Source: Planctomycetota bacterium (GTDB lineage: Bacteria; Planctomycetota; UBA8108; SXIK01). From it: a stretch of DNA of 64,000 bases. This document shows positions 9,208 to 18,526 of this stretch, piece by piece (the stretch's first letter is position 1; the number at the start of each line of letters is the position of its first letter). The translations under genes were made by a program, and so were the position numbers. Where the stretch lies: the NCBI GenBank assembly GCA_965223845.1, contig CBDCXR010000004.1, positions 3,296,001 to 3,360,000 of the forward strand, given 5' to 3'. The notes under the pieces are model-generated. The model was not told the origin of the DNA and made no database searches. It was given only the letters and a program-made list of their open reading frames with translations.

Positions 9208-11010
9208 TTGGCCCTAGTCGCGGCGGCGGTGCTGAACGCCTCCGGGTGTCGGTCGACCGAGACGGCGGCCGAATCCGGGGCCACCCATCCGAACGTCGTT
9301 GTGATCCTCACGGACGACCAAGGCTGGGGCGACCTCGGCAGTCACGGCAATCCTCACCTCGATACGCCGCGCCTCGATGCGCTCGCGGCGACCGCGGTTC
9401 GCTTCGAACGCTTCTACGTCTCCCCCGTTTGCGCGCCCACGCGAGCATCACTCCTCACGGGACGCTACAGCCTCCGCACGGGAACCCACGGCGTCACCCG
9501 CGGCCGCGAGACCCTGCGCGCCGAGGAGATCACCATCGCCGAACGATTCCGCGCGGCCGGATACGCGACCGGCTGCTTCGGGAAGTGGCACAACGGCCGA
9601 CACGGCCCCTATCACCCGAACGCGCAAGGATTCGACGAGTTCTTCGGCTTCGCCGCCGGACACTGGAATCACTACTTCGATGCGCCGCTCGAGCGAAACG
9701 GCGAGCCCGTCGCGACGAGTGGCTACATCACGGACGTCCTCACCTCGGCCGCGATCGACTTCATCCGGGAGCACTGCGGATCACCGTTTTTCTGCTACGT
9801 GCCGCTCAATGCGCCACACTCGCCGTGGCGCGTCCCCGACGCGTACTTCGAGAAATACGCGCGCCGCGGTCTCGACCCGAAGACCGCCTGCGCTTACGCG
9901 ATGTGCGAGAACATCGACGACAACGTGGGACGAATTCTAGACGTTCTCGAAGAGCTCGACCTCGCCGGGAGCACGATCGTGCTCTACCTCACCGACAACG
10001 GTCCCAATAACGACCGTTACAACGGCGGCATGCGCGGCCGAAAGGGAAGTGTCCACGAAGGCGGCGTGCGGGTGCCGCTCTTACTCCGTGCCCCGGGACG
10101 CTTCCACTCCGGGCTCGCCGTGCGCGAGATCGCCGCGCACATCGACATCCTCCCGACGCTCGCCGAGCTCTGCGGCGTGCCGATCCAGGATGCGCACACG
10201 CTCGACGGCGCGAGCCTCGTGCCCCTCCTCGACGGCCACACCGCCGAATGGCCCGATCGCCTGCTCTTTACGACGAGGAGCCGAAACGGCGTCCCGCTCG
10301 CTCACGTCGGAGCGGTGCGCTCGCCCGAGTGGCGCGCGGTGCGGGCCGGGGCTGACCGGGGCTGGGAGCTCTACGACATGCGCAGCGATCCCGGGGAGCG
10401 GCGAGACCTCGCTCGACGGTACCCGAACGTAGCGCGGCGGCTGGCGGCGGCATTCGACGCCCACTTCGAGGAGGTGACGCCGGCGGACATCGCCCCACCG
10501 CCGATCCCCATCGGCTGGTCCGGAGACGCGCAGATCGAGCTCCCCGCGCACGAGGCGAACCTCGAGCCGCCCACAGGAGAAGGCGGCATCCGCTACCACG
10601 GACGCTTCGGCTTCGCACACGACTGGATCGACCGCTGGACGAGTACCGACGCGTACGCGTGGTGGGACATCGACGTCGAGACGCCCGGCGAGTATTCGCT
10701 CGGACTTCGCTACGCGCTCGCACCCGAAAACGTCGGCTGCCGGCTCCGCGTCGATGTCCCCGGCGATGCGCTCGAGCTCGACATCGGAGAACCGCACGCC
10801 CTCGTCGCCGCGTCCCTTCCCGATCGCGCGCCGCGGCGAACGATGATCCCCGAGACCTGGGCGCTCGGCGAGGTCGGAACGATCCAGCTACGAGCGGGAC
10901 GCCAACGACTCACGGTGAACACGCTGGAGATCAAGGGCCGCGAAAGCATCGCCCTCAAAGGGCTCGTGCTCACGCGCGTCGAAACAACGAGCGCGAACGT
11001 CGCGCGTTAG
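9208..11010 (+). CDS. Arylsulfatase family protein with C-terminal beta-sandwich domain
   Basis: PNVVVILTDDQG, CAPTRASLLTG (CxPxR formylglycine motif), GKWHNG, TDNG. Start uncertain (TTG 9208 or GTG 9229); the ORF-track start at 9094 lies inside the tRNA. Confidence 0.9.
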   Translation: MALVAAAVLNASGCRSTETAAESGATHPNVVVILTDDQGWGDLGSHGNPHLDTPRLDALAATAVRFERFYVSPVCAPTRASLLTGRYSLRTGTHGVTRGRETLRAEEITIAERFRAAGYATGCFGKWHNGRHGPYHPNAQGFDEFFGFAAGHWNHYFDAPLERNGEPVATSGYITDVLTSAAIDFIREHCGSPFFCYVPLNAPHSPWRVPDAYFEKYARRGLDPKTACAYAMCENIDDNVGRILDVLEELDLAGSTIVLYLTDNGPNNDRYNGGMRGRKGSVHEGGVRVPLLLRAPGRFHSGLAVREIAAHIDILPTLAELCGVPIQDAHTLDGASLVPLLDGHTAEWPDRLLFTTRSRNGVPLAHVGAVRSPEWRAVRAGADRGWELYDMRSDPGERRDLARRYPNVARRLAAAFDAHFEEVTPADIAPPPIPIGWSGDAQIELPAHEANLEPPTGEGGIRYHGRFGFAHDWIDRWTSTDAYAWWDIDVETPGEYSLGLRYALAPENVGCRLRVDVPGDALELDIGEPHALVAASLPDRAPRRTMIPETWALGEVGTIQLRAGRQRLTVNTLEIKGRESIALKGLVLTRVETTSANVAR

Positions 11011-11141
11011 CGCGTTCCACTGCGCCGCTTTTCTCGTTCTCTCTCACTCTTCCCCTGCGTGACCTTCGTGCGCTTCGCGGTCGATCCTCTCCCGAGAACC
11101 TCACCACGCCAGGGCAGCACAAAGAGCTAAGGGATCACCCC

Positions 11142-11423
11142 TCACTCTCCACCACCGTCGTCTCGCAAGAGCTCGACCGGAGCACTGACCGGCAGAATCA
11201 CCGTGTCGAGGACCACCGTGAGCGGAAAGTCGACCACCCGGACGAGCGAGCCGAAGAACGGCGAGCTGTCGTCCTCGATGTACGCGTAGGAGCGCTTGGT
11301 CCCGCCGTACATCTCGAGCTTTTGGTCGGGATCGAGGACGTGCTCGAGGCTCATGCAGCCCGGCATCGCAATCGCGACGAGCGCGGCCGCGGCGAGTGAG
11401 AACAGTCGGGGAATTCGGTCCAT
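11142..11423 (-). CDS. YceK/YidQ family small lipoprotein
   Basis: From ATG 11423: MDRIPRLFSLAAAALVAIAMPGC (lipobox-like)...YGGT...VDFPLTVVLDTVILP. Confidence 0.8.
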   Translation of the reverse strand: MDRIPRLFSLAAAALVAIAMPGCMSLEHVLDPDQKLEMYGGTKRSYAYIEDDSSPFFGSLVRVVDFPLTVVLDTVILPVSAPVELLRDDGGGE

Positions 11424-11672
11424 CGTTTCTACGCGCTGATCGTTCCGGGGACGGGGATTCACGGCGACGGCATCGACGACGAGCGTCCGAGTGCACTCTT
11501 TTTCGGCACATTCGGCGGGCGCGCCGCACTCGAATCTCGATCGGGCCAGCCCGAAGCTCGGAGGAAGGGTCCCCGGGATGATAGAGGAAGCCCTTGCGAT
11601 TGCCACTCGGGCGGCGCCCTCGACCGCTCGGAGCACCCTCGAACCGCGGCGTCGAGGCCGTTCCCGCCCGAG

Positions 11673-11701
11673 TTGATGGCCCCCGAACTTACTGCTATTC
11701 T
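11673..11701 (+). promoter_or_regulatory. Sigma70-type promoter for the HAD-gndA-epimerase operon
   Basis: TTGATG, 17-nt spacer ending in TGC (extended -10), TATTCT. Confidence 0.45.
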
Positions 11702-11765
11702 CGGAAGTTTGCTCCGACCGGCCGATCTGCGACGGGGGAGCTTCGAGAGACTTTCGGACGGGAGC

Positions 11766-12650
11766 ATGACGGACAACCAGGCGGCCCTCGCGAGCTTCGC
11801 CCCTCGCCACGAGTTCTTCGTGGGGATCGACTCGGACGGCTGCGTTTTCGACTCGATGGAGCTGAAGCACAAGGAGTGCTTCATTCCGGTCATCGTCCGT
11901 CACTACCGGCTTCAGGCCGCGTCGAAGTACGTCCGGGAAGTCTGTGAATTCATCAACCTCTACTCCGAGTGGCGCGGAACCAATCGGTTTCCCGGCCTCG
12001 TGATGCTGTTCGACCTCCTCGCCGAGCGCCCGGAGGTCGTTCGGCGCGGTATAGCGCCGCGGAAGCTCGAGAGTCTCCGCGCGTTTTGTGAGTCAGGTCG
12101 GCCGCTCGGGAACGCCTCGCTCGCCGATGCGATCGCGGAGTCGAACGACGACGAGCTCCGCGAAGCCCTCGCGTGGAGCGAGGAGGTGAATCGTGCGATC
12201 GACGCGACAGCCGTCGGCGTGCCACCCTTCCCGGCGGTCCACGACTCGTTCGACCGACTCGCGGAATTCGCCGATCTCATGTGCGTCTCGTCGACGCCGA
12301 CGGTGACCCTCGAGCGCGAGTGGAACGAACAGGATCTCGCGCGCTACGTGAGCCTCATCGCCGGGCAGGACATCGGTTCAAAGAAGGAGGTGCTCGCGAC
12401 CGCCGCGGGAGCCGGATACTCTCCGGGACGCCTCCTCATGATCGGGGACGCGCCGGGCGACCTCAAAGCCGCGAGAGCGAGCGGCGCGCTCTTTTTTCCG
12501 ATCGTTCCGGGCGAAGAAGAGGCATCGTGGGAGCGACTCCGCGACGAGGGGATCGATCGATTTCAACGCGAGACGTTTGCCGGTGACTATGAAACCGGTC
12601 TCGTCGACGCATTCCTCGCCAAGCTGCCGAGCGTACCGCCGTGGCGGTGA
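11766..12650 (+). CDS. HAD family hydrolase/phosphatase
   Basis: GIDSDGCVFD (DxD motif I), VSS, MIGDAPGD (motif IV). GGAG SD before ATG 11766. Confidence 0.85.
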   Translation: MTDNQAALASFAPRHEFFVGIDSDGCVFDSMELKHKECFIPVIVRHYRLQAASKYVREVCEFINLYSEWRGTNRFPGLVMLFDLLAERPEVVRRGIAPRKLESLRAFCESGRPLGNASLADAIAESNDDELREALAWSEEVNRAIDATAVGVPPFPAVHDSFDRLAEFADLMCVSSTPTVTLEREWNEQDLARYVSLIAGQDIGSKKEVLATAAGAGYSPGRLLMIGDAPGDLKAARASGALFFPIVPGEEEASWERLRDEGIDRFQRETFAGDYETGLVDAFLAKLPSVPPWR

Positions 12651-12692
12651 TCGGCTCGCCGATCCGCGACTGAACTTCTAAAGGTATTCGAG

Positions 12693-14108
12693 ATGAGCAC
12701 TGCAGACTGCGACATCGGGCTCGTCGGCCTCGCCGTCATGGGCCAGAACCTCGTTCTCAATATGGAAGACCACGGCTATCGCGTTGCGGTGTTCAACCGT
12801 ACCGTGAGCAAGGTGGACGATTTCATCGGCGCAAACCCGGGGAAGAACCTCTTCGGGGCGAAGTCCATGGCGGAGCTCTGCGCGAGCCTCAAGCGGCCGC
12901 GCAAGGTGATGCTGATGGTGAAAGCGGGACCACCGGTCGATGATTTCATCGAGCTCGTCCTCCCCCACCTCGAGAAGGGCGACATCATCATCGACGGCGG
13001 AAACTCGCATTTCCCCGATACGATCCGGCGCACGAAGGATCTCGAGGCAAAGGGAATCCTGTTCCTAGGCACCGGCGTATCGGGCGGCGAGGAAGGCGCT
13101 CGCTTCGGCCCGAGCATCATGCCGGGCGGGAGCCCCGACGCATGGCCGCACCTCAAGGAGATCTTCCAGGCGATCGCAGCGAAGGTCGGGCCCGAGAACT
13201 CGCCGTGCTGCGACTGGGTCGGGAACGACGGCGCCGGGCACTACGTCAAGATGGTGCACAACGGCATCGAGTACGGCGACATGCAGCTGATTTGCGAGGC
13301 GTACTTCCTCATGAAGGAGTCGCTCGGGATGAGCGCTGAGGAGATGCACCACGTCTTCGCGAAATGGAACGAAGGCGAGCTCGACAGCTATCTCATCGAG
13401 ATCACGCGCGACATCCTCGCGCGAAAGGACGACGACGGCGAGCCGCTCGTCGAGAAAATCCTCGACACGGCCGGCCAGAAAGGGACGGGCCGCTGGACCT
13501 CGCAGTCGGCGCTCGATCTCGGCATCCCGGCGCCGACGATCGTCGAAGCCGTGCTGGCGCGCGCGATCTCCGCGCAGAAGGAAGATCGCGTAGCGGCGTC
13601 GAAGGTTCTCGGTGGTCCGTCCGCGGCGTTCGACGGCGACCGCGAGCGACTCCTCGCGGCAATTCACGACGCTCTCTACTGCTCGAAAATCTGCTCGTAC
13701 GCGCAGGGTCTCGCGCTCATCGGCGCAGCGGCCGAAGAGAACGGCTGGGAGATCGACTTCGGCAGCGTCGCGCTCATGTGGCGTGGCGGCTGCATTATCC
13801 GCGCGCGGTTCCTCGAGCGCATTCGCGACGCGTACGCGAAGAACCCGCAGCTCAAGAATCTCCTTCTCGATCCCTTCTTCAAGGACGTGATCGACCGCGG
13901 TCAGGAGCACTGGCGAGAGGTGGTGAGTCAGGCGGTTCGTCTCGGGATTCCGACGCCCGCGTTCAGCTCGGCGCTCGCCTACTACGACAGCTACCGGCGC
14001 GCGACGCTGCCGGCGAATCTGCTCCAGGCACAGCGGGACTATTTCGGCGCGCACACGTATCAGCGCGTCGATCGCGAGGGCACGTTCCACACCGAGTGGA
14101 TTCAATGA
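12693..14108 (+). CDS. gndA: NADP-dependent 6-phosphogluconate dehydrogenase, decarboxylating
   Basis: IGLVGLAVMGQNL, IIDGGNS, GVSGGEEGA, VKMVHNGIEYGDMQ, ILDTAGQKGTGRW, QAQRDYFGAH. Confidence 0.97.
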   Translation: MSTADCDIGLVGLAVMGQNLVLNMEDHGYRVAVFNRTVSKVDDFIGANPGKNLFGAKSMAELCASLKRPRKVMLMVKAGPPVDDFIELVLPHLEKGDIIIDGGNSHFPDTIRRTKDLEAKGILFLGTGVSGGEEGARFGPSIMPGGSPDAWPHLKEIFQAIAAKVGPENSPCCDWVGNDGAGHYVKMVHNGIEYGDMQLICEAYFLMKESLGMSAEEMHHVFAKWNEGELDSYLIEITRDILARKDDDGEPLVEKILDTAGQKGTGRWTSQSALDLGIPAPTIVEAVLARAISAQKEDRVAASKVLGGPSAAFDGDRERLLAAIHDALYCSKICSYAQGLALIGAAAEENGWEIDFGSVALMWRGGCIIRARFLERIRDAYAKNPQLKNLLLDPFFKDVIDRGQEHWREVVSQAVRLGIPTPAFSSALAYYDSYRRATLPANLLQAQRDYFGAHTYQRVDREGTFHTEWIQ

Positions 14109-14149
14109 ACCCGAACGAATCATCCGGGATTAGACGCGAGGATTGAGCC

Positions 14150-14995
14150 ATGTTTGTCTCCGGCATCGCCGACGAAGCCGCGCCCGAGCTCGGGCGCCAA
14201 CTCGCCGCTCACCGCGAGCTCGGCTGGAATTACATCGAGCTCCGCATGATCGAGGGGACGAATCTGACGGACGTGAGCGACGACGCCTTCGCAGGGATCG
14301 TCGACGCACTCGCCGAAGCGGACATGAAAGTGTCGTGCTTCGCGGCGCAGCTCGCGAACTGGGCGCGGCCGATCGACACCGACTTCAGCGTCGATCGCGA
14401 GGAGCTCGAGCGCGCCATCCCGCGCATGCAGAAGCTCGGGACTTCGTTCATCCGCTGCATGAGCTACCCAAATTCGACGCAGCCCCTCGCCGACGACGAG
14501 TGGCGCCGGCAGTGCGTCGCGCGGATGCAGGAGCTCGCGCGCATCGCCGAGGGCGGCGGCGTCACGCTCGTGCACGAGAACTGCGACGGTTGGGGTGGGA
14601 TCAGCCCCCAGCACACACTCGACCTTCTCGCCGACGTCGGCTCGGAGCATCTGAAGCTCGTCTTCGACACGGGGAACCCGATCCCCCACCACCAGGACGC
14701 GTGGGAGTACTACGAGAAGGTGCGCGACCACGTCGTCTACGTCCACATTAAGGACTATCAAGTCGAAGCGGACGGCAGCGAACGCGCGGTGTTTCCCGGC
14801 GAGGGAAAAGGGTACGTCCGGGAGATCATGAAGGACCTCCTCGCGCGCGGCTACGACGGCGGGTTTTCGATCGAGCCGCACATCACGAGTGTGATCCACC
14901 TCGGGCAGGAAGCGACGGATCCGGAGGCGGCGTACCGCACGTATGTGGAGTACGGGCGGCGGTTCTCGGCTCTTGTGGATGAGCTCACTGCTTAG
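14150..14995 (+). CDS. Sugar phosphate isomerase/epimerase (xylose isomerase-like TIM barrel)
   Basis: SGIADEA, HENC, FDTGN, VHIKD, FSIEPH metal-ligand pattern. Confidence 0.88.
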   Translation: MFVSGIADEAAPELGRQLAAHRELGWNYIELRMIEGTNLTDVSDDAFAGIVDALAEADMKVSCFAAQLANWARPIDTDFSVDREELERAIPRMQKLGTSFIRCMSYPNSTQPLADDEWRRQCVARMQELARIAEGGGVTLVHENCDGWGGISPQHTLDLLADVGSEHLKLVFDTGNPIPHHQDAWEYYEKVRDHVVYVHIKDYQVEADGSERAVFPGEGKGYVREIMKDLLARGYDGGFSIEPHITSVIHLGQEATDPEAAYRTYVEYGRRFSALVDELTA

Positions 14996-15046
14996 CTACT
15001 GCGCGCCCGGCACTTCGATGCGGCGGCTTGCTCGCTCGGAGAGAGA

Positions 15047-15198
15047 TTTCACCACGAAGGGCACGAAGGACACGAAGAGAAGAGACAGATAGGAGATAGG
15101 AGATCGCATGATTCGTTTCGAACATGCATCTACTCCAATCTCCGTTCCTCTCTCTTTCTATTTCTTACTTTCTTTCCTTCGTGCCCTTCGTGGTGAAA
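15047..15198. repeat. 152-bp imperfect palindrome with perfect 24-bp terminal inverted repeats (REP/MITE-like)
   Basis: TTTCACCACGAAGGGCACGAAGGA (15047-15070) and its exact reverse complement (15175-15198). The left interior is purine-rich and the right pyrimidine-rich; it lies between convergent genes. Confidence 0.8.
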
Positions 15199-15264
15199 AA
15201 AACTCTTCCGCAACCGCAACCGCATCCGCTTCCGAAAAGAGCCCGGAGCCTCATCGCCGCCCGT

Positions 15265-16275
15265 TCACCCCCGGTAGAAGATGAAGTAGTACGGAAACGC
15301 GATCACCTCCCGCAGCACGAAGAACCGCTCCCGCGCGAGCCGCACCGGCTGCGAGCCGTCGGTTCGGCTGAGTGACGACGAAGTCGGCACGGTGTGACAC
15401 CGCAGCCCTTCTCGCTCGAAGAGGAGCTTCACCCGCGCGCAGTGGAAGTACTGCGTCACGGCGAGCACGCCTCGGAAGCCCTCTCGCTCCGCGATCGCGC
15501 GACAGTTTCGCGCCGATGCGATCGTATTCACCCCGGATTCGTCCATGAAGATCGCGTCCGCCGGTACGTCGTGCGCGACGGCGTAGGACTTCATCACCGC
15601 CGGTTCGACGTTCCCGTACGTATCCGTGCCGCCCGTCATGATGAGCGCGTCGACGAGTCCGTCGCGATAGAGTCCGATCGCGATGTCGAGCCGGTCCCGG
15701 AGAGCCGAGGAGGGGGCTCCGTCCGCTCCCACCTTGGCCCCGAAAACGACGGCTGCATCCGCCGCGCAGCGGAAGTCCGTATTCCCGAAGGAAACGATGT
15801 GGGTGAGCGTGACGAGAAAAAACGCGAGGCACGCCGCCCCGGCCGAGACGAAGAGTCGCGCCGGCGGTGGAAGGCGCGGCGGGTGCGCCGTCCACCACCA
15901 CATGCGGGCCGACTCCGCAACGAGAACGACGAGGACGAGCCCGCTCAGCGGAATCGGAAAATCCGACCAGAATCGTCCGAGCTCGATTCCGCGGTAAAAG
16001 CCGACGGCTGAGGCGGCGACGAGCACGCTGAAGCCACTGAAGATTCCACACAGAAGCCAGCGCGCGACCGGAGAGCCCCCGGCTCGATGCGGGACGAGCA
16101 GCGCGAGCCCCAGCACGCCCGCGAAGACGGACTGAAGCGGCTCGCTGAGGTGAACATTGAGCCAGATTTCCGTCGTCGCCTTCGCCGGATTGTCGAGAGC
16201 GATCGCGAGGTTGATCAGAATGAAGGCGCCGAGCGCGACCCCGAACGGGCGGCCAAACAGCGAGATGAAGCGCAT
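15265..16275 (-). CDS. YdcF/SanA (DUF218) family protein with N-terminal multi-TM region
   Basis: DAAVVFGA...ALRDRLDIA...LIMTGG...EPAVMK...DESGVNTIASA...VTQYFHCAR...LREV. Confidence 0.88.
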   Translation of the reverse strand: MRFISLFGRPFGVALGAFILINLAIALDNPAKATTEIWLNVHLSEPLQSVFAGVLGLALLVPHRAGGSPVARWLLCGIFSGFSVLVAASAVGFYRGIELGRFWSDFPIPLSGLVLVVLVAESARMWWWTAHPPRLPPPARLFVSAGAACLAFFLVTLTHIVSFGNTDFRCAADAAVVFGAKVGADGAPSSALRDRLDIAIGLYRDGLVDALIMTGGTDTYGNVEPAVMKSYAVAHDVPADAIFMDESGVNTIASARNCRAIAEREGFRGVLAVTQYFHCARVKLLFEREGLRCHTVPTSSSLSRTDGSQPVRLARERFFVLREVIAFPYYFIFYRG

Positions 16276-16562
16276 CGGAAGAGCCAGTCGGTCGAAACGA
16301 AGTTCTCTGCCTGGCCGACCGCTGGTTCGGACAGGACCGAAACGAACCGGGTGATCATTCGTGGATCGCCCCCGCGTTCCGATATCGGACCGAACCGGTT
16401 CGTCCCTGAAGCCTCAGCTCCCGATCCCGCGGCGGAAACGATCGGCGACGGTCCCGGCTCGGCGATCGCCCGCAATGTTCGTCCAGGCGTTGCCTCAGGG
16501 AAAAACCTTGAAACCGTTCCCGGACGCGCGGGATTCTCAGGGTGGAAGGAGTGAGAGAGACC

Positions 16563-18377
16563 ATGCCCCCGGCGAGCTCGATCGACGGCGAAGTCTGTCG
16601 CCGCACCAGCGACCGCATCTGGCGCCTCGCGCGCAAGATCAGCGGAAGCGACGCCGACGCGGACGACGTCGCCCAAGACACCTGGCTGGCGGTCCTCCGC
16701 GCGGAGCCAGGGGGAGAGCCCCCGCGCGCCTGGACCTACCGCGTCGCCACGAACTTGGTGCGAAAGCGTCACCGTTCCTTCTCTCGCCGCCGCCGGCGGG
16801 AACGGCTCGCGGCCCGCCCGGAGATCGATTCGAGCTCGCCCCTGGATCGCGTCCAGTCCACCGAGCTGCGCGAGCAACTCGTCCGTCTCGTCGCCGAGCT
16901 CCCCGACCCCTACGGCTCGACACTCTCGCTTCGCTACTTCGGCGGCCGATCGCTCGCCGAGATCGCGGCGGCGCACGGAGTCTCGGTGAACACCGTAAAA
17001 ACTCGCGTTCACCGCGGACTTGCGCGGCTCCGGGCTCGCATGGATCACCTTCCCCCCCGGCGGAAGGCGTGGACGGTCGTCGCCGGCAGCGCCGAAGCCG
17101 CGTCGCGCTCGAGCGAGAGCGCAGCAGCAATCTGGACCAACGTAGGAGCAGCCGCCATGAGCGCGAAGAATCTTGTCACCGCCGTCTGCGTTTCCGCACT
17201 CGTTGTCGCGGGTGTCGGGTTCGCGCTTCGCGAACTCGGCGTCGGGAGCGGCGGTGATCGACCTTCGCCGAGCGCGGCGCTCAACGCGGAGACTCCGCCG
17301 AAGTCGGCGGGAGACGATTCAGGTCCACTCGCGAGCGATCGGCGCCGAGTCGCCGCAGCGCCCGTCGGTGCGTCCGAGTCCATCGCAAGCGGGGCCGCCG
17401 ACGAGAAACGAATCGAGCCCGACGGGGTCTCGCTGGACGAAGACGAGCGAGAGCTCGCACTCCGCCCCGCTTCGAGTCCCGAGGCTGCGGCGATGCGCGT
17501 TGCCTACGATGCACTCAAGAAGGCGTTCGGCGAAGGCGGCGGCGGCGGGTGGAAAGCCGTCCGCGAGCACATCTCAGAGACGCAGCAGGAAATCCTCGGC
17601 TCCGACGCGGGGCTCGGCGAGTTTCTTGCCCTCATCGATGCGGAATCGGACGGACACTTTCTCGAAGCGCTGATGCACCACCTACCGATGGCCGCGACGG
17701 AGTCGCGCAGCGGGATTCTCGCGGACGAAGATCTTCACCGCGAGATCTGGGACCGTTTCGAAGCGGAGGAGGACGCCACGAAGCGCATGGCCTTTCTTCG
17801 CTTCTTCGCATTCAACCGGAAGCTGAACTCAACGCGGATGGACACGTTCCTTGAAGTCGCGCGAACCGACCCCGCTGAAAGCGTCCGGCAACTGAGCATC
17901 GATGCGATCGCCTCCAACCGCCCGCTCATCGAGGACACGTGGGAGACCCTCGCCCACGTCTTCGAACACGACGCGTCCGTCGACTGCAGGCGAACCGCGG
18001 TCTACGGTCTCGCGCTCGTCGAAGACGCCCGCGCGACCGCCCTCGTCCACTCCGCATTCCAGTCGCCCGAGGAAGCGATGCGAAGCGCCGCTCTCGAATC
18101 GACCGCGGGGGAGAGCCTTCCCGAGGAGCTGACGGGCGGCGATGCGGTCTCGTATCTCGCGAGTGAGTTTCGTGCGGCGTCGAGCCCGGCCTACAAGAGC
18201 GCGCTCGTCAGGCGCCTGCTCGAGCAGTCACCGGAGGTCCTCGCGGAGGAGCTGCGGCAAGCGCTGCCGAACGAGAAGGACTGGCGACTCAAGAGAGAGT
18301 ACCGCGACGCGCTGACAAGAATCGCGGATCTCGACTCGGCTCAGAAGCTGCGATCGACGGGGGAATCGGAGCCCTGA
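16563..18377 (+). CDS. ECF sigma factor fused to a TM helix and a C-terminal HEAT-repeat-like extension
   Basis: Region 2 DADDVAQDTW...AWTYRVATN; region 4 LPDPY...LRYFGGRSLAEIA...SVNTVKTRVHRGLARLR; TM LVTAVCVSALVVAGVGFAL; helical repeats DPAESVRQLSIDAI and DASVDCRRTAVYGL. Confidence 0.85.
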   Translation: MPPASSIDGEVCRRTSDRIWRLARKISGSDADADDVAQDTWLAVLRAEPGGEPPRAWTYRVATNLVRKRHRSFSRRRRRERLAARPEIDSSSPLDRVQSTELREQLVRLVAELPDPYGSTLSLRYFGGRSLAEIAAAHGVSVNTVKTRVHRGLARLRARMDHLPPRRKAWTVVAGSAEAASRSSESAAAIWTNVGAAAMSAKNLVTAVCVSALVVAGVGFALRELGVGSGGDRPSPSAALNAETPPKSAGDDSGPLASDRRRVAAAPVGASESIASGAADEKRIEPDGVSLDEDERELALRPASSPEAAAMRVAYDALKKAFGEGGGGGWKAVREHISETQQEILGSDAGLGEFLALIDAESDGHFLEALMHHLPMAATESRSGILADEDLHREIWDRFEAEEDATKRMAFLRFFAFNRKLNSTRMDTFLEVARTDPAESVRQLSIDAIASNRPLIEDTWETLAHVFEHDASVDCRRTAVYGLALVEDARATALVHSAFQSPEEAMRSAALESTAGESLPEELTGGDAVSYLASEFRAASSPAYKSALVRRLLEQSPEVLAEELRQALPNEKDWRLKREYRDALTRIADLDSAQKLRSTGESEP

Positions 18378-18526
18378 ACCGCAGCCGACAGTCGCTCGAG
18401 CCCCAGGACCCATCTCCCCAGATCTCCACTGATTCTCACTCTCACTCCTACTCCTCCGCGGCGTCTTCCTTTGCGTCCCCTCCGTGCTTTTCGTGTAGAT
18501 CTTTTCCCCGGGAATCGATCAACGCC

